A stretch of 64,000 nt of DNA from Candidatus Omnitrophota bacterium. Lineage in GTDB: Bacteria > Omnitrophota > Gorgyraeia > 2-01-FULL-45-10. The stretch covers positions 124,787 to 188,786 of the forward strand of contig JAQVUX010000001.1 in NCBI GenBank assembly GCA_028699255.1. Reading direction: 5' to 3'. The notes beneath the pieces were generated by a model. It did no database searches, was not told where the DNA came from, and was given only the letters and a program-made list of their open reading frames with translations. Below are positions 49,427 to 58,992 of the stretch, in pieces. Made by a program: the position numbers and the translations under genes. The number at the start of each line of letters is the position of its first letter. The stretch's first letter is position 1.

Positions 49427-49723
49427 TTATTTCGCTTCCTTCTTGCCCGCCGCCGGTGCCGCTTTCGCCGCGCCCTTGGCCGCCGGTGCCGCAGTAGCCG
49501 CCTTTACCGGTGCCGCCGGTGCCGCTTCTGTGCCTTCGGCCGCCGCCGCCTTCTCTTTCTTTACCTTGAATTTGACAATTTTAACCTTAGCGAGCCCGAA
49601 CACAGAATCCTTGTCGGACCACTTCTCTTTATCTTTCAGGATTTTCATCTTCTCATACCGTTTAAGCACTGATCTGTGTTGCTTACCCTTGTCCGATGAA
49701 CGGAGACTCGGATGTTGAGACAT
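49427..49723 (-). CDS. small basic Lys/Ala-rich (histone-H1-like tail) protein
   Basis: 98 aa. The C-terminal half is AAAPAAKGAAKAAPAAGKK repeats. Confidence 0.4.
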   Translation of the reverse strand: MSQHPSLRSSDKGKQHRSVLKRYEKMKILKDKEKWSDKDSVFGLAKVKIVKFKVKKEKAAAAEGTEAAPAAPVKAATAAPAAKGAAKAAPAAGKKEAK

Positions 49724-49738
49724 TTCGTTACCTCCTTG

Positions 49739-50362
49739 TTAACCGCGTGATTTTAAATAAGCGTCTTTATACAATCGCCTGATATTCGTCAGGTCCTTCT
49801 GGCTCTGCGCAGTTGTTTTATCTGCGTATGCGCCGACGCACACTTGAAAATAAGCCCCACTCCGGACTATATACACATTATACCCCTGCCCCTTCAATTT
49901 CTCCGCTTCCCGAAGGGCAGTATCTTTACGGGCGAGCGTAACAGCCACTATCGTGTATGGCGTCGTCTTTACGGGGGCAGGTATCCTGGCCGCGGGCTGA
50001 GCCTTAACCGCTTGCAATATTCGCGCGGCCGGCAATGCTTTGACCGCGGGAACAGGCGCGAGTTTCGCGGGCATCGTTGCCGACGGGACAGTGGGCGCAC
50101 TCTTTGCGGGTACCATGATCGCGCCAACCGCCTGTTGCACAGCCTCGACCGGCAACTGTTTCCCCTTTTCAACTCCCATGGCATAAACTACAACCATGGC
50201 CATGATAATACCGATGGCGATAAACACCGCCCTATCCAATGTTAATGTAAGGATAACGTTTCTTTCGAAATCGGCCTTTGGGAATAAATTGGACAATCTC
50301 GGGAAAAAACGTTTTGGCTTTTCGAACTCAAATAACTCTTTTTGGTATTTTTCTTCGTCCAT
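49739..50362 (-). CDS. SPOR-domain membrane protein
   Basis: TM anchor, Pro/Ala-rich linker and a C-terminal SPOR fold (YTIVAVTLARKDTALREAEKLKGQGYNVYIV). Confidence 0.6.
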   Translation of the reverse strand: MDEEKYQKELFEFEKPKRFFPRLSNLFPKADFERNVILTLTLDRAVFIAIGIIMAMVVVYAMGVEKGKQLPVEAVQQAVGAIMVPAKSAPTVPSATMPAKLAPVPAVKALPAARILQAVKAQPAARIPAPVKTTPYTIVAVTLARKDTALREAEKLKGQGYNVYIVRSGAYFQVCVGAYADKTTAQSQKDLTNIRRLYKDAYLKSRG

Positions 50363-50426
50363 ATTTGCGTTTCCGCATTATATCATATAGATACGGGAAA
50401 ATCAATCCCGAGCTAAAGGCGACTTA

Positions 50427-51119
50427 CTACGTTCCAGAAACGGCTTTTATGCTTAGGCGGAATGATTTGCTCGAGACCTGGATAGACGGCTTTGCGGGAT
50501 CGCCCGAAAGGTGTACGGAAAGCCGGCTCCAGCCCGATCCGGCATTGGTCAGCAAGGTACCGGCGATCTCGGGTGGCACCTTATTTGTCAATGTCTCGGC
50601 AAAGTAGATGGCAATGTCGGAATCTATCGTGCCCGTGGGTGACAAAACCCCGTTTAGCGAAAGCTTTATGTCACTACCGACAGCTTCCAGGCCGGTAACT
50701 TTTACGCCGCCTTTTGCGGTTTCTATCCGCCCGTGTATATTTTTGTACGTGTATTTGTTTTCGAAAGGAGCCGACACTAAAGCGGTAAGTGTATCATATC
50801 CGCCGGGAGCGCTCTCCTTTTTTCGGGTAAAAGTTACGCCGGTAAGATCAAACCCGATCGCGACTTCGCCGTTTACGAATCGAGGTTTTATCGCCGCTAC
50901 GCCTGAATGAAATCCGAGCCCGGTTTTACGCGACTGTACGGACAGGCCATTAAAGGTAAAACCGCTCAGGGATCTTTGGGAACAGTTTTCATACGATATG
51001 TCCAGATCGTATGAACGCTCAAGCACGCGCATAACTATAACATCTGCATAATAAAAAAGCACGGCGGATGCGATAGCCAATACAGCGAAGATAATAATTA
51101 TCGGCTTAAGAATGTTCAC
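50427..51119 (-). CDS. hypothetical membrane-anchored beta-rich protein
   Basis: N-terminal TM helix. 230 aa. Confidence 0.45.
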   Translation of the reverse strand: MNILKPIIIIFAVLAIASAVLFYYADVIVMRVLERSYDLDISYENCSQRSLSGFTFNGLSVQSRKTGLGFHSGVAAIKPRFVNGEVAIGFDLTGVTFTRKKESAPGGYDTLTALVSAPFENKYTYKNIHGRIETAKGGVKVTGLEAVGSDIKLSLNGVLSPTGTIDSDIAIYFAETLTNKVPPEIAGTLLTNAGSGWSRLSVHLSGDPAKPSIQVSSKSFRLSIKAVSGT

Positions 51120-51122
51120 GCG

Positions 51123-54100
51123 TCATTCCCAGCATATAGAGTCGAAATCGCAATGACCACATGTATAATCATCTCTTGACGGTAATTTCCGAAAATCGAG
51201 CGCTTTTATCCTGCCCCAGACGACTTTTATCAGCGCTTCGACGCTCGAGACCATCTCGTCGGATATCTCCACACGCTTTGTGGCATACTGCCCTTTCTTA
51301 TACCCTGCCTGGCGCATATCCATGGAAACAGGCTCTAAGAACACCAGCTCACCCGAACGCACGCGCCTGCCTCGCGACTCTTTTTTATCTTTCTCGAAAA
51401 GAAGCCGGTAACATACGAGCTGGCGAAGGTAGCCATCGCAGTCCGGGCTTGATAAATCGCGAACCTTATCGATATCTCTTAAGTGTTTATCAGGCTTACC
51501 CGTCTTGTAATCAACTAATTTTATCACGCCTTTTTTCTCATCCTCAAACTCTACCTTGTCGTATTTTCCGGTAAATATTATATTTTCCCCTATCGTAACT
51601 ATAAGTTTTCGCTCAAGGCTTACCGGCATGACGGGGTCTTTCGCGGCCAGATCGAACCACCCTTTAAAGGTATCGGCTTTTTTAAGACAATCGCGCACGG
51701 TGATATCATCGACGCCCTGGAATTTAAGTTCATGCCTGAATGAATCTAAGAAGAATTTGAATGTCGGGAACTTCTTCGCATCCATGAATTTTTTATACGT
51801 ATCCTCGAGCGCCTTGTGTGTGCAATTACCGAAGACAAGACTTTTCTTTTTCGGTCCGGGTAATTTAAGAAGATCATTATATAAGAATTTCCTGCCGCAG
51901 GTTATGTAAGTGTTAAGCCGCGTAGGATTAAGACTCAAGACACCGACAATGTCTTTAAGAACCTCTTCGGTGCCGACAAAAGGATCGGTGAGATCCGTCG
52001 CTTCCAGCGATTTACCCATCACCTTTTCTTCGTCGGTACCTGCGGCCGGCTCCTTAACTATATCGATCCTGTCAAGGTACTGGCTCGATATCGAATCCTC
52101 GGTAGGGCTCGCCGTAAAAATAAGATTGGACTTCGCTCTCGTCATAGCAACATAGAAAAGCCGCGTCTCGTCCTGGAGGGCGAGGTTTCTGGCTTCGTCC
52201 TTATCGCGGATGGAAAGCCTGCCCTTAAAGAGATCCGACGGCAATTTTATCTTATCGGGTATCGGACGCGCCGGCCAGTTCTTATTATTCAGGCAGAAAG
52301 GTATTATAACTGTATGAAACTCCATACCCTTGGCGCCATGGGCTGTATAGATTCTGACGCCGGACTGTGAGAGCGTAACAAGCTCGCCCTGTATCGGAAG
52401 GCCGTGATCCTTCCTCGTCTTTATCTCCGCCATAAGATCTTCCAGCTTCATACCCGGATTCGCTATATCCGACGCTTTTATCATATTTACAAATGACGAC
52501 AGTCCGCGCAACTGCCTTATGCGTAATATCGCATTGGTGGAATATTCCCTTAAGATATAACCGAACACTCCGGCCTCTTTTATAAAATCGATGAGAAGCG
52601 CGTGCGCCGATCGCGTGGCGGAATCCCGCAAAAGATGGGCAATCGCCTCTGCCGCTTTCCGGAACCGCGCGGGGTCTTTGAATTTAACCGTGGATTTGCC
52701 CGATTCGCAATAATCCAGGAACTCGGTCAATATCGTCGTCGGGTCGAGGGCCCGGTCGGCCGATCTGGCATTCACGAAATTAAGGAACCGGAGTATATCC
52801 GACTGCGGTATCTCGAAATAGTCCGCCGAGAGTATCTTGTAAAGGGCGAGATCCTTCTGGCGGTGGGCAGACGCGTCGGAGCGCGCGAGTTCCAGCAAGT
52901 CGAGCATCTGCCGGACGCGCTTCTCACCGCTTATGTCTTCTTTGCCGTCGGTCGCGTAGGGTATACCGGCCTGCAAAAAAGCGTCGATTATTTTCAGTAT
53001 ATCGGCACGCTTCCTGACAAGAACGGCGATATTATTATAAGGGTTGGAGCGCTCCTCTTTTGTGAGCGTCTTATCTTTTTCAATAACTTCTTTAAGCTCT
53101 TTGACTTTGTCTATAATAAATAGGAGCTCCTCCTCCACGGCCGTAAACTCTTTAAACAGTATCTCTTTCCCGGGATAATTTTTCTTCGCGGCCAATTCTT
53201 TCGGACCCATCCTGTCGGCAGGAGGTATAAGCCCTATGACCTTTGCGGAAATATCTATCAATTCTTTCGCCGAGCGGTAATTATCCTTCAGGGAAAGCGT
53301 CTTTACGCCCGGGAAACGTGCTGTGAATAATTTAAAATTGCCGATATTGGCGCCCTGGAATCTGTAAATAGATTGATCGTCGTCTCCGACGCAGAGTATG
53401 TTGGGGTTTTTATAATCGAGGAGGTGGAATAGAAGCTCCATCTGTGAGCCGTTCGTGTCCTGATACTCGTCCACCATCACATATTTATACTGTTCCTGAT
53501 ACATCTTTTTTATGGCAGGTTCTTCTTTGAGAACTTCTGTCGCGAAGAGTATCATGTCATCGAAATCATACCTTCCGCGTTCGTCGAAGACGCCTTTTTC
53601 CTCCCCCTCTTTCAGCTCCTCATATCTGCCATAGGCTATAGCGAACGCCTTCAGCCGTTTTATATACTTATCCTCGAAGTCCCTGTAGAGGGAGTCCTTA
53701 CCTTCAAGATATTTCCGGAGATCACCCGGGAGGATACCGTCGCGTTTCAGATCGCTTATTCTTTGCAGGATCTCTTTTAGATAAGTATACGGGGCGCGGA
53801 ACGGCCGTATTTCATCTAAACCGTCGGTATTGTCCAGAATATATTCCATCGCTCTCATGCGCTCAACCTCGTCGAGTTGGACTTTATCGCCGATATATTC
53901 CGCGGCCTCTTCGGATTCGCTGATGAGTTTATTGGCAAAACTATGGAACGTCCCCACTTCTATGTCGTATCCGGCAAGCCCTATGACAGCGGCGAGCCGT
54001 TCCTTCATAGCCTTGGCGGCGGCATTGGTGTAAGTCACTATCAGGATATTCTCAGGCGAGGTTTTGCCTTGTTCGATTATCGCGGCCGCCCTTACGGAGA

Positions 54101-54218
54101 GAAGTTGTGTCTTGCCCGTTCCGGGGCCGGCGAGTATAAGGAGGGGCCCTTCAGTATTGTCAACCGCCTGCTTCTGGCGGTCGTTCAGTTCGTTATATAA
54201 TTTTGAATACGCTTTCAT
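51123..54218 (-). CDS. UvrD/Rep-family helicase fused to a C-terminal PD-(D/E)xK (RecB/Cas4-like) nuclease
   Basis: ILAGPGTGKT Walker A, UvrD motifs and a C-terminal CGHCDFDSIC cysteine cluster. 1031 aa. Confidence 0.85.
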   Translation of the reverse strand: MKAYSKLYNELNDRQKQAVDNTEGPLLILAGPGTGKTQLLSVRAAAIIEQGKTSPENILIVTYTNAAAKAMKERLAAVIGLAGYDIEVGTFHSFANKLISESEEAAEYIGDKVQLDEVERMRAMEYILDNTDGLDEIRPFRAPYTYLKEILQRISDLKRDGILPGDLRKYLEGKDSLYRDFEDKYIKRLKAFAIAYGRYEELKEGEEKGVFDERGRYDFDDMILFATEVLKEEPAIKKMYQEQYKYVMVDEYQDTNGSQMELLFHLLDYKNPNILCVGDDDQSIYRFQGANIGNFKLFTARFPGVKTLSLKDNYRSAKELIDISAKVIGLIPPADRMGPKELAAKKNYPGKEILFKEFTAVEEELLFIIDKVKELKEVIEKDKTLTKEERSNPYNNIAVLVRKRADILKIIDAFLQAGIPYATDGKEDISGEKRVRQMLDLLELARSDASAHRQKDLALYKILSADYFEIPQSDILRFLNFVNARSADRALDPTTILTEFLDYCESGKSTVKFKDPARFRKAAEAIAHLLRDSATRSAHALLIDFIKEAGVFGYILREYSTNAILRIRQLRGLSSFVNMIKASDIANPGMKLEDLMAEIKTRKDHGLPIQGELVTLSQSGVRIYTAHGAKGMEFHTVIIPFCLNNKNWPARPIPDKIKLPSDLFKGRLSIRDKDEARNLALQDETRLFYVAMTRAKSNLIFTASPTEDSISSQYLDRIDIVKEPAAGTDEEKVMGKSLEATDLTDPFVGTEEVLKDIVGVLSLNPTRLNTYITCGRKFLYNDLLKLPGPKKKSLVFGNCTHKALEDTYKKFMDAKKFPTFKFFLDSFRHELKFQGVDDITVRDCLKKADTFKGWFDLAAKDPVMPVSLERKLIVTIGENIIFTGKYDKVEFEDEKKGVIKLVDYKTGKPDKHLRDIDKVRDLSSPDCDGYLRQLVCYRLLFEKDKKESRGRRVRSGELVFLEPVSMDMRQAGYKKGQYATKRVEISDEMVSSVEALIKVVWGRIKALDFRKLPSRDDYTCGHCDFDSICWE

Positions 54219-54235
54219 CGGGGGACTTTAACCAA

Positions 54236-54535
54236 TTACGCAGGTTTTCGCTTCTTAAGGACTTTGGCTATTTTTGATATGATCTTTTCGTCGCTGGTAT
54301 AACTGTAGCCTGTCGTGGAAGTCGCACGATGCGCGACAAGTATATGCGCATTGACCAGGTCTTCAAGCGCGGACTTGGTTACAGCTCTATCCTCCCCTAT
54401 CCAGGTCGCGACTCCGCGCGGCGTATCGATAGATGCCTGATTTTCGTGAAAAAAACTTATCACCTTCACGTGAATATCGGACTGCAATAATCTATCGATG
54501 TCCATAGAGCTCCTTTTCGAGGGCCTGTTTAACAT
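54236..54535 (-). CDS. small winged-helix-like protein
   Basis: 99 aa. The start is uncertain because it overlaps the HD-GYP stop. Confidence 0.35.
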   Translation of the reverse strand: MLNRPSKRSSMDIDRLLQSDIHVKVISFFHENQASIDTPRGVATWIGEDRAVTKSALEDLVNAHILVAHRATSTTGYSYTSDEKIISKIAKVLKKRKPA

Positions 54536-56018
54536 CCTTTCGGTTCATGACTACCAGGAAGGAGTTAACCACTTTGGGATCGAACTGGGTACCTGAATGT
54601 TTCTTAATCTCTTCAATAGCATCGGCTACTTTTTTAATCGTTCGGTAGGGCCGTTTTGTAATCATTGCTTCGAACGCGCTTACTACCGCCATTATACGGG
54701 CACCTATAGGTATTTGTTCACGTTTGAGCCCTTTAGGATAACCTGAGCCATCATAATTCTCATGATGATACATTATGATGGGGGTCACGTTCTTCATCGC
54801 CTTCATGTGTTTTATCAATTCGACTCCGGCCATCGGATGCCCCTTGACTATCTCGAACTCCTTGCCCGTGAGCTTCGTCGGCTTCGTAAGGACTTCGTAC
54901 GGGACAACTATCTCACCGGCATCGTGCAGTATCGCGGCGTATTCCAGCGACTTCATGCTCTCGGCGTCAAGGCGCATCTCCTGGCCCATAGCGAGCGCCA
55001 CCTTAAGAAATGCCGCCCTTGGCACATAAGTTCCGGGCGCGCGGGTATCGAGAACTTTTGCGAGCGATTTTATACTGCCTATCGTAAGCCGCTCCTGTTC
55101 TTTATAGAGCTGGGCGTTCTTTATCGCGATAACGGCCTGCTCGGCCATGGTCGCCATTATCTCCTGGTCGAATGATGTAAACGGCTTTTTGTCGATCTTA
55201 TCATATACCGTTATAACACCTATCGTATCTTCATCGATTAAAGGCGTGGACAGATAATCGCGACCACGGAAAGGCCTGCCATATTTAAATGCTTTCCCCG
55301 GAGCGTGCCGGCCTATTTTAACTTTCTTAAGGGTAACTGTTTTTTTACGGAGATCAACGGTCGCTTTAGGCAACAATATCTTACGCTTTGAATCTACCAA
55401 CTTTATAGAACACCTGTTGGCGCGCATTATCTGCAAGGATAGGCGCGCAATACGCGGAAGCAGTTCGTTTAAATCGAGCGTGGAGCTTATAAGCCTGTGC
55501 ACCGTATGGACGGTGGAGAGCGCTATCGCGCGGGGCCGGATCGTTTCGTAAAGATTGGAGAGTTCGAGCTCCTTCTGAACTTCGCGCACTATCGTGTCAG
55601 TAAACGCCGCGAATACGTTGAGTATCTGAGGAGAAACCTCTTTATGCCTGTAACACGTCCCTATGTAGCCATACACTTTGTCGCCATGAGTTACCGGATG
55701 CACGAACCCGTGCAGGCCATGGATACAGTCAAACCGGGTAAGAGTCTTAGTTTCGCGGGACTTGTATATAGCTACGGATATTGATTTGATGCAAGACTTG
55801 GGGTTTTTCGACAAAACGTCTTTGTGTTGCGAACAGCCGCAGACGAGCTGTTTCTTAATATCGGCGGGCCGGGGCGAAGCTTTCTCGATTATCCACCATG
55901 CGGCCGGGCGTATGATACAGCCGATACACTCTTCTTCCTTCTTCAGGTCCACGCTCTTTCGAAGCCGCGCAAAGAGTTCCTTATGGTACGCGTTAATATT
56001 CTTCTTCTCGTCCGTCAT
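54492..56018 (-). CDS. HD-GYP c-di-GMP phosphodiesterase with a Cys/His-rich N-terminal region and a GAF-like middle domain
   Basis: HDAGE...HHENYDGSGYP HD-GYP signature. N-terminal CIGC..CGC..C..H..H pattern. Confidence 0.8.
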   Translation of the reverse strand: MTDEKKNINAYHKELFARLRKSVDLKKEEECIGCIIRPAAWWIIEKASPRPADIKKQLVCGCSQHKDVLSKNPKSCIKSISVAIYKSRETKTLTRFDCIHGLHGFVHPVTHGDKVYGYIGTCYRHKEVSPQILNVFAAFTDTIVREVQKELELSNLYETIRPRAIALSTVHTVHRLISSTLDLNELLPRIARLSLQIMRANRCSIKLVDSKRKILLPKATVDLRKKTVTLKKVKIGRHAPGKAFKYGRPFRGRDYLSTPLIDEDTIGVITVYDKIDKKPFTSFDQEIMATMAEQAVIAIKNAQLYKEQERLTIGSIKSLAKVLDTRAPGTYVPRAAFLKVALAMGQEMRLDAESMKSLEYAAILHDAGEIVVPYEVLTKPTKLTGKEFEIVKGHPMAGVELIKHMKAMKNVTPIIMYHHENYDGSGYPKGLKREQIPIGARIMAVVSAFEAMITKRPYRTIKKVADAIEEIKKHSGTQFDPKVVNSFLVVMNRKDVKQALEKELYGHR

Positions 56019-56065
56019 AAGTGTATTCGATTATAAATCCGTTACCTGCGTTATGTCAACCCCAT

Positions 56066-57217
56066 TCACACTCTCTCGTAGGGTTCGAAGAGTTTCTTAT
56101 ACTCATCGAGAGCATAGCGATCGGTCATGCCGGCGATGTAGTCGCATATTACGCGGTACTCGTCCTCACTCTTAAGACGGCCCTGGGCCGTTGGCGGAAG
56201 TTGCTCGGTTTTGTCGAGGTAGACGTTAAATAGGCTTGAAATAAAACGCGAAGCCTTATTGGACATCCTTACGACCCTGTAATGATGATAAAGGTTATGA
56301 GTGAGGAAATCCCTCATCGGCAAGCGCATAGCCTGCATCATTTTTGAGGCGGTAACGATCCGTTCCGGAATTTTAATCGCATCGCCGGTTTTACGTATCT
56401 TAAAACGTTTTATATTGGCTTCCGTCTGGCTGACGACATCCGTAACCTGATCATTGATGAGCGAGCTTATTATCTGATATTTACGCACCTCGCCTTTGAC
56501 GCGTGGATGCAGATGCTTGAAGCGCCCGGCATTCCCGCTCCACAGTTTCATACCGGTAAGATCCTCTTCCTTAATAAGGCCGCTCGTTATCCCATCGTCC
56601 AGATCGTGGTTGTCATAGGCGATCTCATCTGCGATATCGACAGCCTGTATCTCGAGGATCGGTGAACCGGTCGATTTAAACGTAACGGCGGGTCTTGGGC
56701 GGTCGAAAGGCGTAGAGTGCTTTATTATGCCTTCCCGGACTTCGTAACTTAAGTTCAGGCCGGGAAAATCAGGGTATCTATCCTCCAGGAGATCGACTAC
56801 ACGCAAGCCCTGCGTATTATGATCGAATCCGCCGTGGTCACGCATTATTTCGGAAAGCGCGTCCTCGCCCGAATGACCGAACGGTGTATGCCCGAGGTCA
56901 TGAGCCAGGCTGATCGTCTCCACAAGGTCTTCATTCAATCCGAGGGCGCGCGCGATCGACCTCGCGATCTGAGCGACTTCAAGTGTGTGCGTAAGGCGCG
57001 TACGGTAATAATCGCCTTCGTGATTGACGAAGACTTGAGTCTTGTATTCAAGTCTCCTGAAAGCAGTCGAGTAAATTATCCTGTCCCTGTCGCGCTGATA
57101 GCAAGAACGGTATTCGTGTTCCGTTTCCTTGTAAACTCTACCCTTGGTCATTCCGCATTTCTGTGCGTATGGAGCTAAGGCGTTTTCCCTCTTCTCCAGA
57201 TCTTGTCGTTTCAGCAT
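56066..57217 (-). CDS. dgt: dGTP triphosphohydrolase-like HD-domain protein
   Basis: HTLEVAQIARS...AHDLGHTPFGH motif. 383 aa. Confidence 0.85.
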   Translation of the reverse strand: MLKRQDLEKRENALAPYAQKCGMTKGRVYKETEHEYRSCYQRDRDRIIYSTAFRRLEYKTQVFVNHEGDYYRTRLTHTLEVAQIARSIARALGLNEDLVETISLAHDLGHTPFGHSGEDALSEIMRDHGGFDHNTQGLRVVDLLEDRYPDFPGLNLSYEVREGIIKHSTPFDRPRPAVTFKSTGSPILEIQAVDIADEIAYDNHDLDDGITSGLIKEEDLTGMKLWSGNAGRFKHLHPRVKGEVRKYQIISSLINDQVTDVVSQTEANIKRFKIRKTGDAIKIPERIVTASKMMQAMRLPMRDFLTHNLYHHYRVVRMSNKASRFISSLFNVYLDKTEQLPPTAQGRLKSEDEYRVICDYIAGMTDRYALDEYKKLFEPYERV

Positions 57218-57220
57218 TAT

Positions 57221-57685
57221 CTATCCTTTAAGCAATTTATGCATCACATCGAGCGATTCAGAAATAACCTTTGTATTTGCCGTTACCGGCATGAAATTTG
57301 TGTCGCCCGTCCATCTCGGAACTATGTGTATATGCACATGCCCGGCGAATCCCGCGCCGCCTATCTTACCGATATTCACCCCGATATTATACCCATGAGG
57401 CTTCAGCTTTTTATCGATGTCCGTCTTCGTACGATTTACCAGATTTATCAGATCCATCAGCTCCGATTCATTAAGTAGTTCAAGACTTTTAACATGTCGG
57501 TATGGCGCGACCATCACATGTCCGTTATTATATGGGAATAGGTTCAGCATAGAGAATGCGTGCTTCGTTTTCTTGAGGATATAGCCAGACCTGGGCCGCG
57601 CGCCTTTGTTGCCGCAGAATATACACTGCTTCTTCTTGCGAAGATAAATATATTTACTGCGCCACGGCGCCCATAGTTTATCCAT
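57221..57685 (-). CDS. HIT-family nucleotide hydrolase/transferase
   Basis: HVHIHIVPR histidine triad. The ATG at 57685 is the likely start; the longer ORF adds an Arg-rich extension. Confidence 0.75.
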   Translation of the reverse strand: MDKLWAPWRSKYIYLRKKKQCIFCGNKGARPRSGYILKKTKHAFSMLNLFPYNNGHVMVAPYRHVKSLELLNESELMDLINLVNRTKTDIDKKLKPHGYNIGVNIGKIGGAGFAGHVHIHIVPRWTGDTNFMPVTANTKVISESLDVMHKLLKG

Positions 57686-57686
57686 A

Positions 57687-58505
57687 TCAATCCTTCTTCT
57701 CGGAGGCAAGACGAGCTTTCGCATCTTCAAAGAACGGCATAGCGAATTCCGTCGCCCATGTCCGCTCCTCGAACGACCTGCCCGACACCATCTTCTGGAA
57801 TTTTTTGAAATCTTCATGATAACTTCCGTAAATATGAAAGCTGTCGCTTATATCAACATACCGCCCGACCCGGACATCGGCGCCGATACCTTTTGATATC
57901 TCTTCAGCCATGACCCGCTGAAGATCGGTAAGAGCAAATATATTCATAAAGCTCGCCTTGAACGCGTCCCGCGAGCGCCAGTGCGTATTCATGTCAAGCG
58001 CGTAACTATTTCCGTCTATCTTAACGAGCCGGCTCCATATCCTCTGCAAACACGGAGGATCGTCGGTTACAGGATCAGTCTTCGGATTCCATGTTATACC
58101 CTGCGCGCGCCGCGAATAAGGCGTTTGGATCAGTTTCTTTATCATGTAATCGATCTGGTCGACCGAAATACCCTCTATCGGATATCCTGTAAGCCTCTGG
58201 TGATAAGTGTAAGTCCATTTTCCCTCCTCAGGCTTTATCCAATGATCGTGTATGCCAAAAACGACCTCCTGCCGGTACACTTCGAGATCCTCGAGCCCGC
58301 CTGGGAATGCCCGATGTATCCTCGGCTCCTTCATCGGCTCGTTAACAACCATTATCATCGTGCAATCCTTACTCATCGGATCGCCGGTCTTGTCGTATTC
58401 CGTCTTTATGTCAAGCCCGTCTTTCCACGTCGCCATGACGGCCTTTTCCCAGGCCTCCGGCAGTGTCTCGCCTTCAACTTTTATGACCGGTATATCGTGT
58501 TTCAT
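57687..58505 (-). CDS. thymidylate synthase (ThyA)/dCMP-hydroxymethylase-family protein, divergent
   Basis: RRAQGITWNP, PPCLQ and RSRDAFKASFMNIFA match the ThyA RRxIxSAWN / PCH / DxxLGxPFN blocks. Confidence 0.65.
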   Translation of the reverse strand: MKHDIPVIKVEGETLPEAWEKAVMATWKDGLDIKTEYDKTGDPMSKDCTMIMVVNEPMKEPRIHRAFPGGLEDLEVYRQEVVFGIHDHWIKPEEGKWTYTYHQRLTGYPIEGISVDQIDYMIKKLIQTPYSRRAQGITWNPKTDPVTDDPPCLQRIWSRLVKIDGNSYALDMNTHWRSRDAFKASFMNIFALTDLQRVMAEEISKGIGADVRVGRYVDISDSFHIYGSYHEDFKKFQKMVSGRSFEERTWATEFAMPFFEDAKARLASEKKD

Positions 58506-58509
58506 TAAA

Positions 58510-58992
58510 TTATATCCTCACTATTTTTGCTTCCATCTTCTTTTCTGTAATTTCCAGGATGGCATACGTATTCTCGCGCGCGAATACTTTATCTGTCGGA
58601 CTGCCCGGATTCAGAAAAAGCACCCCGTCCTTTGTAATATTAGTCGGCGCATGCGAATGACCGAATATTATCGCATCTACGCCTTTAAACTCGCCCTTAA
58701 CCGTTTCGATCATATTCGCCGGGGCGCCATACCCATGTATTAGCCCTATGCTAAAACCCTCTACCTCAAAAACTTCCTTCTCCTGCAATACATGGCGAAG
58801 CTCGGCCGAATCCATATTACCGCATACGGCTTTAAGCTTCCTTAGGGCGGATAATTTGTCAAAAAGATCTTTTTCGACAAAATCGCCGGCATGCACTATC
58901 ATGTCGACATTTTCGATCTCTTTATAAATAGCTTCCGGCAGATCCTGCGCCGAACGCGGCATGTGTGTATCGGAAATTACGAGTATCTTCAT
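58510..58992 (-). CDS. YfcE-like metallophosphoesterase
   Basis: ISDTH, GDFV and GHSH motifs. ATGA overlap with the upstream ATPase gene. Confidence 0.75.
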   Translation of the reverse strand: MKILVISDTHMPRSAQDLPEAIYKEIENVDMIVHAGDFVEKDLFDKLSALRKLKAVCGNMDSAELRHVLQEKEVFEVEGFSIGLIHGYGAPANMIETVKGEFKGVDAIIFGHSHAPTNITKDGVLFLNPGSPTDKVFARENTYAILEITEKKMEAKIVRI

